From Chloroflexota bacterium (GTDB taxonomy: Bacteria; Chloroflexota; UBA11872; VXOZ01): a stretch of DNA of 64,000 nt. The DNA is taken from positions 2,080,001 through 2,144,000 of the forward strand of contig OZ219802.1 in the NCBI GenBank assembly GCA_964291655.2, written 5' to 3'. Shown piece by piece: positions 1-9,975 of this stretch. The notes below the pieces were generated by a model. It saw only the letters and a program-made list of their open reading frames with translations. It did not search any database and was not told the origin of the DNA. The stretch's first letter is position 1. The number at the start of each line of letters is the position of its first letter. Position numbers and translations under genes: made by a program.

Positions 1-95
1 GCACAAGACAGGCAGGCCCAACACGTACGGCTTCACCGCCTCGTCCGTTACACTGAAGTGAGACTCTCCATGGCACAGCAGAGGAGACGGCGCCT

Positions 96-908
96 GTGAG
101 GATCCCGATTACGATGTCGCACGGCACCGATCAATACCCAGGCCAGCGCAACCCGCTGACCAAAGAACATTTCGCGCAGCTCGTTGCTATCGCGCACGAA
201 CTGGAATTCCAATCCATCAGCTACGATGACCTGGCAGCATGGCTGTGGCACGGCGGCACATTGCCGGAGCGTCCCATCATGTTCGACTTCGACCATCCGA
301 TGAAGTCCATGCGGCATGAGGTGTTCCCAGTGCTGGACGAATATGGGTACACGGCAAACCTCTTCATCAACACCGGTCTGATGGACGACATGTACCACGC
401 AGGCGTGCCGCACGTTGCCGAGCGGCGATACTTGCTCTGGGAAGAGGCCGGCGAACTGGCCGAGGCCGGCTGGCAGATCGGCGCGCACACGGTTACCCAC
501 CCCAACCTCTCGGAGCTCAGTCAGTTAGATCCCACCGGCGAGAAGCTGCGCGCCGAGCTGGAACAGTGCGACGCAACGATTGAAAAACACCTCGGCATCA
601 CGCCGCAGGATTTCGCCTTTACCGGCACGAGTTGGAGCAGCAGCGCGGAACGTGAAGTGAAGGCGCGCTATCGCTTTGGTCGCTTGTGGATTGTCGGAGC
701 GGAGTACCAGGTGGACGGCAAGAAGACCCGTTACGCAGACCTGGCCGGTGTGCCTGGAGCAGACGAGCCTGACGGCGGCCCGCCCCGCGCCGCGCGCTAC
801 ATCACGCGCCATGCCGATCCCTACCGCCTACCGTCCATGGAGATCAACGCGCTCATCTTCGCGCCCGCAGCCTTTCGCCGCTATCTGGAAGGTGCTTGGG
901 AAGCCTAG
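96..908 (+). CDS. polysaccharide deacetylase (NodB/CE4 family)
   Basis: FDFD (TFDD-like), GYTANLF and IGAHTVTHPNL motifs; GAGGAG SD upstream of GTG. Confidence 0.85.
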   Translation: MRIPITMSHGTDQYPGQRNPLTKEHFAQLVAIAHELEFQSISYDDLAAWLWHGGTLPERPIMFDFDHPMKSMRHEVFPVLDEYGYTANLFINTGLMDDMYHAGVPHVAERRYLLWEEAGELAEAGWQIGAHTVTHPNLSELSQLDPTGEKLRAELEQCDATIEKHLGITPQDFAFTGTSWSSSAEREVKARYRFGRLWIVGAEYQVDGKKTRYADLAGVPGADEPDGGPPRAARYITRHADPYRLPSMEINALIFAPAAFRRYLEGAWEA

Positions 909-1053
909 CAGGCGTTGTCAGCACCGTGTTGCACCAGCGCAGTCTGTGACTGCGCTTTGGCATTACACTCCTGCCCTGCCGTACGCCTCTAAGGTCTGAC
1001 GACATCAAGTAGCAGGAGTGCGGGAAAGGAGAGAGCTAATTCACAGTGTGCCG

Positions 1054-2340
1054 TTAGCCTGCGCGGTGCACCGGCGCTTGCGTACTTGAGAGTTTCTCCA
1101 GTAACCTTGCTCCGGTTTGGCCTGCATCGTATTGCTGCATCGTGCGGGCGAGCGCCGCAGCCTTCTTGTGCACATCTGCTGATCTCAGCATCGTCTCGAT
1201 AGCCCCGCGTAGCGCCGCGCTCGAGGCACGTGCAGGATCAACCGCAGTGCCGACCCCGAGCCACTGGACGCGCTGCGCATTGTCGGGCTGGTCGTCCGCA
1301 AAAGGCACAACCACCGCCGGCTTACCGTGCAGCAGCGCACCCATTGTCGAGCTCAAGCCGCCGTGGTGCACCACGACCTGCGCTTTCGGAATGATGATGC
1401 TGTTCGGCACGAACCGTTCAACGCGTACGTTGCCCGGCGGCGTGGGTAAATCGGAGAGATTGCCGCCGGTGGTCACCACCACGTCGGCATCAAGTCCCCG
1501 CGCTGCCTCAAAGAGCGTAGCGAAGAACGCTGACTGGTAGATGCTCTGCACCGTGCCGATGGTGGCGTACACAAGCGGTCGCTCGCCGGGCAAGGTCTCC
1601 AGCCACGCCGGCACTGCATAGTCGCGCGGGCGGTCCCAGAGAGACGGACCGACAAAGTGCACCGTGGGCGGCCAGTTCTGCCGAGGGTATTCGAACTCCC
1701 ACGGCATTAATGCGAGCATTAAGTACGGCGAAATGGTGCTCCTGAGGTAGCTGTCGCGGACGGGCGGCAAGCCGAATTCGGCGCGAATTTCGTTGAACTG
1801 GCGGTCGTGCCGACGCGCCACAATGCGGAAGAGCGACCAGAATAAGGGCGTCGCGCAGCGCTGGAGTAGGTTGGGAGGATAGGGTAGCCTGATTCCGTAG
1901 GGATGCGCGCCTTCGCCCTCAAGCAGCCCGGGCGCTACCGTCGTCGTAGCCCACGGCAGGCCGGTAGTATCCGCCACGATGCTGGCGAGATGCGTGAAGC
2001 CATCGAAGACAAGCACGTCCGGTTGCCACGACGTTACGGCGTCCAATACTTCACGGGCAGCGGTGGCGGCAAACGAGTAGAAGACCTCGCGAATCATGTA
2101 GTCCAAGCGTCGCTTGCCGCGCAGCCGTCCCAGCTCCGGCCAGCGCCTGAGCGCTTCTTCCGCTGTGATTGCCGGCCCCACCGGGAAGAATTGAGTTGCC
2201 AATGGCGCTACTGTCCCCTCCATGCTCGGACCGGTAGCGTAGCCTACCACGTGCCCGCGTTCACGCAACGCTTGCACAATGGGGAGCGTGGGGTTTATGT
2301 GCCCGGAAGCCGGTATGGCGGCAAACAGAAAGCGAGCCAC
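1054..2340 (-). CDS. GT1/MGT-family UDP-glycosyltransferase
   Basis: GHINP N-terminal motif; HHGG...PFADDQPDNA UDP-sugar signature. Confidence 0.9.
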   Translation of the reverse strand: MARFLFAAIPASGHINPTLPIVQALRERGHVVGYATGPSMEGTVAPLATQFFPVGPAITAEEALRRWPELGRLRGKRRLDYMIREVFYSFAATAAREVLDAVTSWQPDVLVFDGFTHLASIVADTTGLPWATTTVAPGLLEGEGAHPYGIRLPYPPNLLQRCATPLFWSLFRIVARRHDRQFNEIRAEFGLPPVRDSYLRSTISPYLMLALMPWEFEYPRQNWPPTVHFVGPSLWDRPRDYAVPAWLETLPGERPLVYATIGTVQSIYQSAFFATLFEAARGLDADVVVTTGGNLSDLPTPPGNVRVERFVPNSIIIPKAQVVVHHGGLSSTMGALLHGKPAVVVPFADDQPDNAQRVQWLGVGTAVDPARASSAALRGAIETMLRSADVHKKAAALARTMQQYDAGQTGARLLEKLSSTQAPVHRAG

Positions 2341-2609
2341 TCTATTTCAATTCACGTCTACAGCAGTCGCGTGGGCGGCTGCAACGAAACTCTCGCGGAT
2401 AGCGGGACGAAACGACCATAGTACAATGGTAGCAAAGGCGTCGGTTGGCAGGGCCGGTTTACCGATCATACTCGGGTCAACGGCAGCGAGAGGTGTGCAG
2501 GACCCAGATGACGCGCGGGCTGCAAGCCGTTTCTACGTGACTTCACTCACGGCAGACGGGTCCGTCTGCGGTGATCGTGACAGCATTCTGCAGTTTATGT
2601 GAGAGTAGC

Positions 2610-3962
2610 ATGAATCCCACTACCCAAAACGATAGGACACGCGGCGGCATAGAAGACCTCTCCGGCTGTCGGGCCGTGGTCATGGGGCTGGGTCTGCATG
2701 GCGGCGGCGTGGGCGTCGTGCAGTATCTGGCGGCACAGGGAGCTGCGGTTACGGTTACAGACTTACGGGACGCGGAGACGCTACGTCCCTCATTGGCAGA
2801 GTTGGAGGGTCTGTCGCTTCGCTACGTCCTGGGACGTCACGAGGAGGATGACTTCCAGCGCGCCGACCTGGTCATTCGCAATCCCGCCGTGCCGCTGGAT
2901 TCACCGTACCTGGCCGTGGCGCGCAAGGCCGGTGCGCGGATCGAGATGGAGAGCAGTCTTTTCATACGCGCATGTCCCAGCCCTTACATTGCGGGCATTA
3001 CCGGCACCAAGGGCAAGACCACGACCACGGTGCTGCTCTCCCAGATGCTGGCCGCGGCCGGATGTCACGTGGTTACGGCCGGCAACCTGCGCGTCTCGAT
3101 GTTGAGCCAACTTGCGGACATTAGCGAGGAAACGCGAGTGGTGTTGGAGCTATCCAGTTGGCAGTTAGAGGCCTTTGTGCCGCATGCCTACAGCCCGCCG
3201 CTGGCCGTGGTGACAAACGTACTGCCAGACCACCTGAATCGCTATGCGGGCATGGACGACTATGCGGCTGCCAAGGAGATCAATGTTCAGTACCAACACG
3301 CGGACGACATGGCTGTCCTCAATCGTGGCAATGCCTACACGCGGCAGATGGGCAAGCGGGCGCCTGGACGCGTGACGTGGTTTTCCGCCCAAGATACCAT
3401 CCCGGGTGAAGCAGATTCCCCGCTGCGGGGCGCCCACCTGCGGGAAAACCTGGCTGCGGCATCGGCTGCCGCGCGGGTATGGGGCGTGGACGATACCGCG
3501 ATCGTAGCGGCGGTGCAGAGCTTTGCCGGTGTGCCGCATCGGCAGGAATTGGTGCGGGAGTGGCGCGGCATCCGCTTCATAAACGACACCACCGCCACCA
3601 TGCCCACCGCTACGGTTGCGTGCGTCGAGACTATTCCCGGCCCGAAGGTACTCCTGCTGGGCGGCGCGGATAAGCAGCTCGACTTTGCGGGGCTGGCGCA
3701 GTCGCTGCATGCCCATAGAGAGGTGATCCGGGGTATTGTGCTCTTGGAAGGCAGCGCCACGGACCGATTAATGGCGGTATTGCCACTGCCTGTCGCTGGC
3801 CGGTATGCAGACATGGATGAAGCGCTTACACAGGCCGTCGCGCTGGCCCGCGCCGGAGACGCGGTCATCCTCTCGCCGGGCTGCGCCTCGTTCGGCATGT
3901 TCCAGCACGAGTTCGAACGCGGCGAGGCTTTCCGTAGGTGGGTCGCCGACTTGCCTGAGTGA
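2610..3962 (+). CDS. murD: UDP-N-acetylmuramoyl-L-alanine:D-glutamate ligase
   Basis: GLGLHGGG, ITGTKGKTTT P-loop, LELSSWQL, DHLNRY, LSPGCASFGMF; start chosen at ATG 2610. Confidence 0.92.
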   Translation: MNPTTQNDRTRGGIEDLSGCRAVVMGLGLHGGGVGVVQYLAAQGAAVTVTDLRDAETLRPSLAELEGLSLRYVLGRHEEDDFQRADLVIRNPAVPLDSPYLAVARKAGARIEMESSLFIRACPSPYIAGITGTKGKTTTTVLLSQMLAAAGCHVVTAGNLRVSMLSQLADISEETRVVLELSSWQLEAFVPHAYSPPLAVVTNVLPDHLNRYAGMDDYAAAKEINVQYQHADDMAVLNRGNAYTRQMGKRAPGRVTWFSAQDTIPGEADSPLRGAHLRENLAAASAAARVWGVDDTAIVAAVQSFAGVPHRQELVREWRGIRFINDTTATMPTATVACVETIPGPKVLLLGGADKQLDFAGLAQSLHAHREVIRGIVLLEGSATDRLMAVLPLPVAGRYADMDEALTQAVALARAGDAVILSPGCASFGMFQHEFERGEAFRRWVADLPE

Positions 3963-4100
3963 GCAACCAAATGTGACGCCCATTGTAGGGGCTCCGAGTT
4001 TCTTGCGGATTCAGCACGGGATAGGGAATTACAATTGGTAGGGCGCGCGTTGCGCAAACGTCGTACGAAAGAATGTTTAACTCGCAGAGAGGAAGTGTGT

Positions 4101-5315
4101 ATGAACACAGCACTGATCACTGGCTATGATCACTTTGGCGGTATCCACCCGGAAACTGCCACTATTGCTAACTGCCTGCGTTGTCTGGGCGTGGAGAATC
4201 CGGCCACCGGCAAGCCGTTCAGCGAGGCAATGCTCTTTGGCATCGCGGGCGGCTTGGGGGCATGCTACATCCTGTGGGAATTCAAAGAGTACAATCGCCC
4301 GGTCGTCGTGTTCGGATTTCAAAACACATTCAACTACCCGGTCCGGTATGTGACAAAGCTCTGCGAGCGGCTCAATGTCACGCCTGAGTTTCGTGAAACC
4401 GGCGGGATGAAGAAAGCGAGAGCAACTCTCGATGACGCTCTGGTAGCGAATCGACCCGCGATTCTTTGGTTGGAACGGGAACTGCTCGACTACTACAACC
4501 GCGACCCCGGCGACACCGGCTGGTTTAGCTGGGTTGTGACCGCCTGCGGCTACGATCCGAGCGCCGACGTGTACACGATAGACGATACGGGTGCGCGGCC
4601 GTTCACGGTGCCAAGCGCTTCCCTCACCGCCTCCCGCCAGCGCATTCCATCGTTTAAGAATCGCCTCTTGCTTCTTTCGCCAACGGAATCAATGGACCTA
4701 CCGGCAGCCATTAGAGAAGGTATTCAAGGGAATGTAGAATACCTAGGGTCAAAGTCGACCTCGTTCGCGCTGCCTACGCTGCGCAAGTGGGCGCGCATGC
4801 TCACGGATACCAAGAACGCGAAGGGCTGGCCCACCGTATTTGCGGAAGGCAAGTGTCTCTTCTCCGGTCTGGCCTCGGTCTACGAGGGGATCATGCATGA
4901 AGGCAGCGACGGCACCGCCCTGCGCGGCATGTACGCCGACTTTCTCGCAGAAGCCGCGGTGATTTTGGAGTCTCCGGCGCTCGATGAGGCTGCATCAGCA
5001 TACCGTGCATTAGGCGCAAAGTGGGAGGGGTTGGCGGAGATGGCGCTCGACCCGGCAGTAGAGCCCTTAGCTGCCGCCCGCGCGATTCTTGATGGGCGTG
5101 AAGCTGCCATTAAGACAGGCGGCGACGACCAGGCCGATGCGATTGTCGGACTCGGTAAGGAGTTTGAAGCTATGCGCCCGGCCCTGGACGCCGACTTTCC
5201 ACGTGACGAAGCCTGGATCGGCGACCTCTTTGCGCGGATGCAGAGTCAACTCAACGACATCTATGCTCATGAGATGGCCGCACTAGACTTGCTACGGTCC
5301 TCATTGGACGGGTGA
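4101..5315 (+). CDS. BtrH_N/DUF4872-like papain-fold protein, probably catalytically inactive
   Basis: GxHPET, SEAMLFGIAGGLG, GYD and LRGMYADFLAEAA motifs; ATG 4101 follows GAGGAAG. Confidence 0.75.
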   Translation: MNTALITGYDHFGGIHPETATIANCLRCLGVENPATGKPFSEAMLFGIAGGLGACYILWEFKEYNRPVVVFGFQNTFNYPVRYVTKLCERLNVTPEFRETGGMKKARATLDDALVANRPAILWLERELLDYYNRDPGDTGWFSWVVTACGYDPSADVYTIDDTGARPFTVPSASLTASRQRIPSFKNRLLLLSPTESMDLPAAIREGIQGNVEYLGSKSTSFALPTLRKWARMLTDTKNAKGWPTVFAEGKCLFSGLASVYEGIMHEGSDGTALRGMYADFLAEAAVILESPALDEAASAYRALGAKWEGLAEMALDPAVEPLAAARAILDGREAAIKTGGDDQADAIVGLGKEFEAMRPALDADFPRDEAWIGDLFARMQSQLNDIYAHEMAALDLLRSSLDG

Positions 5316-5391
5316 CCCGCGCGTTAACCTTCTCAGCCAGGCAGATCCTTGCATCACATCGGCCTCGGTGCAAGGGTTGCTCCCTCCCTGA

Positions 5392-5651
5392 GGAGACCCT
5401 TGCGAAACCTAAGGGGAAGCGAAAGCGTTCCCACTCCCTCGACGGGAGTGGGCTAGAGCCTGCCCCGTACGTGATACGGGGGTGCGGGTGAATCTCCTGA
5501 AGTCTCTCCATATGTACACCGATTCTGCCCTGATACGTCTTGACACTACTCAGCGTAAAGGCCATTGTAGCAAAGAGACCCCCTCACCCCAACTCTCTCA
5601 TCCAGGAGAGGGAGTGCCCCTGTTTGAAAGTGGGGTTATGCAAGGTTCTCC
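5392..5651. mobile_element. MITE with IS5-like GGAGACC...(G)GTTCTCC ends enclosing an inverted pair of CCCTCTCCC-type REP hairpins
   Basis: Colinear homologue at 51355-51591; terminal inverted repeats; no credible CDS. Confidence 0.65.
5457..5480 (+). mobile_element. 24-nt hairpin insert, type A (AGCCTGCCCCGTACGTGATACGGG)
   Basis: Absent from the homologous site at 51420/51421 (GGCTAG|GGTG). Confidence 0.7.
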
Positions 5652-5758
5652 GAGGGAGAGTCGGTGTGGGTAGTCTTGGATAATCCAACTCCCTCCTCAG
5701 CGTGGGAACCGCAAGGGTCTTCACCCGGGAGCAGCATCCCGAAGTTTCCCAGCATCTC

Positions 5759-7204
5759 CTACGGCTGCGACGCCGATCCTTCCAGCACGCGCCGGGCGGC
5801 TTGGGCTTTCACCAGTGTCTCTTCATACTCCGCTTGCGGATCGGAATCGGCCACCACCGCGCCGCCCACTTGCAGGTAGAGGCGGTCGCGCGTAAGAACC
5901 ACCGTACGGATGACGATGCTTGTATCCATCGTGCCGTCAAAGCCAAGATAGCCGATGGCGCCGCAGTAGATTCCGCGCCGCACGGGTTCAAGCTCTTCGA
6001 TGATCTCCATTGCCCGAATCTTGGGACAGCCGGTTACCGACCCGCCGGGAAACGCAGCCTCAAGCGCTGCCACGGCATCGGCTTCCGGGCGCAATTCTCC
6101 CGTAACCGCGCTGACGAGCTGCCAGACATTGCTGTAGCCTTCAACGTGCCAGAGGGAGGGCACGTTTATGGAGCCAAGCCGGCAGACTTTCCCCAAATCG
6201 TTGCGCAGCAGGTCGACGATCATGAGGTTCTCGGCGCGGTCCTTCTCGCTGGTGCGCAACTCCTCCGCCAGAGCGGAATCCAAAGTTGGCGTGCCCCCGC
6301 GCGGGCGCGTGCCTTTGATCGGCCGAGACTCCACAGCCCTATCGCGCACGTGGAGAAACCGTTCCGGAGAGGCGGACACGACCCAGCTATCGCCGAGATC
6401 GAGGTAGGCAGCAAACGGTACCGGACTCTCCTGCTGCAAGCGCTCGTAGAGTGTCCACGGCGATCCCTCCCAGCCTGCCGCAAACCGCTGCGAAAGGTTG
6501 ACCTGGTAAACGTCGCCGGCTGCGATATATCCCTGTGCCCGCTGCACCATTGCCAGGTACTGCTCGCGGGTCACATTCGCCTGCAAGGGCGTGGTGAGAC
6601 GGAAGCTTCCAGCGACATTTTCTCGCTCCTCGCGGGGCGTCTGGCAATTCGCAAGAATGTCTAGTATCTGCCCCTGCCGCGCCAAAGCGGCATCATCCGT
6701 GCCTTCCGGCAGGCCGGTAGTCACCAGCCAGGACGTTTCCGTTTGGTGGTCGTGGGCAAGCACCCAGTCGTAGCAGCCCAGGCTCATCTCAGGGGTAGGC
6801 ACGTCATTGCGGGCCTGCGACGGTAGTTCTTCAAGCTGGCGTCCTACGTCATAGGCGAATACGCCTACCGCGCCGCCTTGAAACGGCGGGCCGTGGGGCG
6901 CTGATGGGACGGCATACTCTGCCAGCAACTCGCGCAGCGCCGCGAACGGCTGCCCGTGGAACACGGTGGAGCGCTGGGGCTGCTGAGGCCACTCGACGGT
7001 GATGCGGTCGCCGGTGCTCTCCATGCGCACAAATGGGTCCGCAGTGAGGTAGGAATACCGTCCCAGCACGCCCTGTTGACTGCTTTCGAGCAGCGCCAAG
7101 CCCGGCAAATGGCCGAATGCCGGCGCGACCGCGCGAGGCACTATGGCCTCAGGTAACTGCCGTACCTGTACCGCAAGCGTGCTGGCGGTCACCGTGCTTA
7201 GCAT
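5759..7204 (-). CDS. pabB: aminodeoxychorismate synthase component I
   Basis: LLESS, YQVNLSQR, SPERF, PIKGTRPR, ENLMIVDLLRNDL, FPGGSVTGCPK; start trimmed to ATG 7204 because the longer ORF runs into a MITE end. Confidence 0.88.
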   Translation of the reverse strand: MLSTVTASTLAVQVRQLPEAIVPRAVAPAFGHLPGLALLESSQQGVLGRYSYLTADPFVRMESTGDRITVEWPQQPQRSTVFHGQPFAALRELLAEYAVPSAPHGPPFQGGAVGVFAYDVGRQLEELPSQARNDVPTPEMSLGCYDWVLAHDHQTETSWLVTTGLPEGTDDAALARQGQILDILANCQTPREERENVAGSFRLTTPLQANVTREQYLAMVQRAQGYIAAGDVYQVNLSQRFAAGWEGSPWTLYERLQQESPVPFAAYLDLGDSWVVSASPERFLHVRDRAVESRPIKGTRPRGGTPTLDSALAEELRTSEKDRAENLMIVDLLRNDLGKVCRLGSINVPSLWHVEGYSNVWQLVSAVTGELRPEADAVAALEAAFPGGSVTGCPKIRAMEIIEELEPVRRGIYCGAIGYLGFDGTMDTSIVIRTVVLTRDRLYLQVGGAVVADSDPQAEYEETLVKAQAARRVLEGSASQP

Positions 7205-7310
7205 ACGCCTTGGCCCCTCGTCCTGATGGAGACCTTTGCGTAGCCGCATTGGACCGGCGGCGCTGGGGCCGGACCGGCTGGATCTTTCCCCTCACCCCGA
7301 CCCTCTCCCC

Positions 7311-7598
7311 TGTACAGACCGGGGACATAGGTAACAGTTGTTCGGGGACATGGGTTACACATTTTACTGATTGACACCTACGAGAGCATTGGGTTGGTCC
7401 GGGTTTGAAAAGAGACTGGCGACACAGTGCACTCACTTTCCGCCTGTCAGCTTGTGCCAGAGAAACAAACAGTGTGCATAAGGATATTGAGTGGATCTAA
7501 CTTTCAAGGCAAGGACATCGCATACTACGAAAACCCCCTCGTTCTATGGTGTTACCTATGAGCCCGAACATGTGTTACCCATGTCCCCGGTCTATACA
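7311..7598. mobile_element. 288-bp IS481-like MITE
   Basis: TGT...ACA ends; 26-bp IR with 2 mismatches (TGTACAGACCGGGGACATAGGTAACA); internal repeated GACAT/GGTTACAC motif; 6-bp TSD CTCCCC (7305-7310 and 7599-7604). Confidence 0.85.
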
Positions 7599-7831
7599 CT
7601 CCCCCAGAGAGAGGGAGTACTACGTGCGCCTGCGGCCGAAATGTTGTTCAGGTCTCTTAAAGAGACTATGCCACAGGCAGGAGTGCTGCGGCATGTTAAG
7701 GGGGCACAGCTCCGAACACCTAGAGACCTATGCGCTACTGAGTAAGGCCAATATTAATGGGTCGGCGCAGGGGAGTCTTCCCTTCACCAATTGGCCGGTA
7801 CAGGGAAGTCTGCGCTTTCCCCCGGCCCTCT

Positions 7832-8245
7832 CCCCAGGTGGCCGTTTCACAAATGTATCGCTCCGTGTAGACTTGCCCTTCGACCCTTCGACAGGCTCAG
7901 GACAGGCAGGCTCTGGGCGAACGAATCAGGCAATAATCCGCACGTGCCGAGTGCTGCGCGAAGTCTGCTGCGCGAAACCTGCTTTCCCCAGGAGGCCGTC
8001 TCACAAATGCAACGCTCCGTGTAGACTTGCCCTTCGACCCTTCGACAAGCTCAGGGCGAACGGATTTGACAGGCTCTGGGCGAACGAAACAGGCAATAGT
8101 CCGTTCGTGCCGAGTGCTGCGCGAAGTCTGCTGCGCGAAACCTGCTTTCCCCAGGAGGCCGTCTCACAAATGCAACGCTCCGTGTAGACTTGCCCTTCGA
8201 CCCTTCGACAAGCTCAGCACAGGCTTGCCGGAGGGTCGAAGCACG
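7832..8245. repeat. three tandem 154-163 bp composite REP/MITE units
   Basis: CCCCAGG(T/A)GGCCGT(T/C)TCACAAATG...GTAGACTTGCCCTTCGAC recurs at 7832, 7986 and 8149. Confidence 0.85.
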
Positions 8246-8431
8246 ATTTGGCTACTCTAGTCGCATCATGAGACACCCTCACCATGGGGAGAAGGCCGGG
8301 GTGAGGGGCTATCTTCACCATTCCAGCCCAATTCCCGGCGTTCGTCAGAGTAACGCAGAAGGCTCTGAGAAGGGAGAAGGTCGCCACTTATTCTTAGCGA
8401 CTCCATGTTGGAAGAGCCTCATACGATGTGT

Positions 8432-9919
8432 TCAACTGCCCAGAGATTCCGCCACAGGGTGCTTACTACGCAACGTGCGGCTCGCTTCCGGGATGCGTTG
8501 CCATGTCGCAAGGGCTGACTTCCTGTCTCCCGCCAGCGCCTGGGCGTAGGCCAGGTTTGCCAGCACGTCCCAGCGGTTGCAGGGCTGCCAGAGGGCGATT
8601 GCTTGTTGGTCTGAAGAGGAGGGCACGGGCGTCGCAGTGAGTTCCACGACCCGATAGAGCCGTCGTCCAAACACCGTGATGGGCCTGCCCCCGCACACCG
8701 CCAAGACGGCAGAACCGTCAGCCGCTTTCACGACGCCGAGAAAGCGTCCGGTCGTCCAAATTGCGCTGCCGACCAAGCTAGCGTAGAGAACAAGGGCGCC
8801 ACCCACCGGCACCACGTGAAACGTCGGAAAGGCGGCGACCACAATACCGCTGACCGCCGCCAGGGCGCAGAACGTCCAGAGGAGCCACACCACGCGCAAG
8901 CGGCCGATCCCCAGCATTTCGAAGTGGTGGTGCAGCGGCGTAGCCGTAAACGGAATTGGAAACTCTGTATGGGGCACAAAGTGCGGTGTCCCGGCATAGC
9001 GTCCCAGGCGCACACAGTGGCGGAAGAACGGCGTAACGACTTTGGCTTGCAGAAACCCGGATCCGCCGTCCAGCAAGAAGACGCCGCCGATGAAGAGCCA
9101 AATCGCATCCGCGCCGGCAAAGAGCGCCAGTGCGGCAAAGGCGCCGCCGAGCCCCAGCGCGCCGCTATCGCCGAGATAGATGCGGGCGCGTCGTTTCACC
9201 GTCCCCGTCGACGACCAATCGGAAGGCTGATTGCAGAGCAGCAGCCCGATGCACACACCCAGCAGCGCCGCCGCAAAGGCGATCAGCTCGCCGTCTGCCT
9301 CGCGTATGATGAGCGAGAGCAACATTCCGCCGCCGGCTATAGTCGCCATGCCGGCAGTCAGACCGTCAATGCCGTCGCTCACGGCGACTGAAAACGCCGA
9401 CCCAAGCGTGAGCGCAAAGAGCCAGACCAGCGTGAGCCCGAGACCGACGATGCCGGCGACGTTGAGGGCTTGCAGCACTCTACCGCCCTGTGCGGCTGCC
9501 TGCGTGAAGTCTCCCGACCACCAAAACAGCGCGGCAACCGCAATTAGCGCCGCAATCGCGTGGGCAGACAGGTAGGCGCTGTCGCCGAAGCCGGTGCCTT
9601 GCCGCCACTTTAGCCAGTCATCGATGAAACCGATGCCAAAGAAGAGCGATGTCAGAAGAATGAGCAAGAGCAGGAGATCGCCGGTGTCGGGCCAGACGAT
9701 TCGCCAAACGCCGCCCACGCACCATAGCGTAATGAACAATGCAATGCCGCCGACGCTGGGCAGGCGCAGGCTGGGTAGGTCTTCATGGTCTTTGCTCTGC
9801 ACTACCGGCTTGACCTGGCCGGACGTGAAGCGCGGGAACAAGCGGCGCAACACGGCGCTCAGGAGCAATGTCAGCCCCGTTGCACCGCCCAACACCAGTA
9901 CGGTCGTGAGTACGTCCAT
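8432..9919 (-). CDS. mraY: MraY-like polyprenyl-phosphate sugar-phosphate transferase (glycosyltransferase family 4) with C-terminal extension
   Basis: GFIDDWLK, SDGIDGL, YLGDSGAL, PLHHHFE; many TM segments; divergent and not in a dcw cluster. Confidence 0.65.
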   Translation of the reverse strand: MDVLTTVLVLGGATGLTLLLSAVLRRLFPRFTSGQVKPVVQSKDHEDLPSLRLPSVGGIALFITLWCVGGVWRIVWPDTGDLLLLLILLTSLFFGIGFIDDWLKWRQGTGFGDSAYLSAHAIAALIAVAALFWWSGDFTQAAAQGGRVLQALNVAGIVGLGLTLVWLFALTLGSAFSVAVSDGIDGLTAGMATIAGGGMLLSLIIREADGELIAFAAALLGVCIGLLLCNQPSDWSSTGTVKRRARIYLGDSGALGLGGAFAALALFAGADAIWLFIGGVFLLDGGSGFLQAKVVTPFFRHCVRLGRYAGTPHFVPHTEFPIPFTATPLHHHFEMLGIGRLRVVWLLWTFCALAAVSGIVVAAFPTFHVVPVGGALVLYASLVGSAIWTTGRFLGVVKAADGSAVLAVCGGRPITVFGRRLYRVVELTATPVPSSSDQQAIALWQPCNRWDVLANLAYAQALAGDRKSALATWQRIPEASRTLRSKHPVAESLGS

Positions 9920-9975
9920 TCAACTCAACTGCTTATATTTTTCCACTAACTCATCGCAATGATTGAATGCTGCCC

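Noticed and set aside
7491-8549. ORFs of 77-213 aa in the pabB-mraY intergenic region
   Set aside because: They are translations of REP/MITE repeats (PFDKLR, PSTGSG patterns) with no protein family signal.
1054-9919. Secondary-metabolite cluster (GT1, MurD ligase, BtrH, PabB, MraY)
   Set aside because: Orientations are mixed, the gaps are large and repeat-filled, and there is no carrier protein or scaffold synthase.
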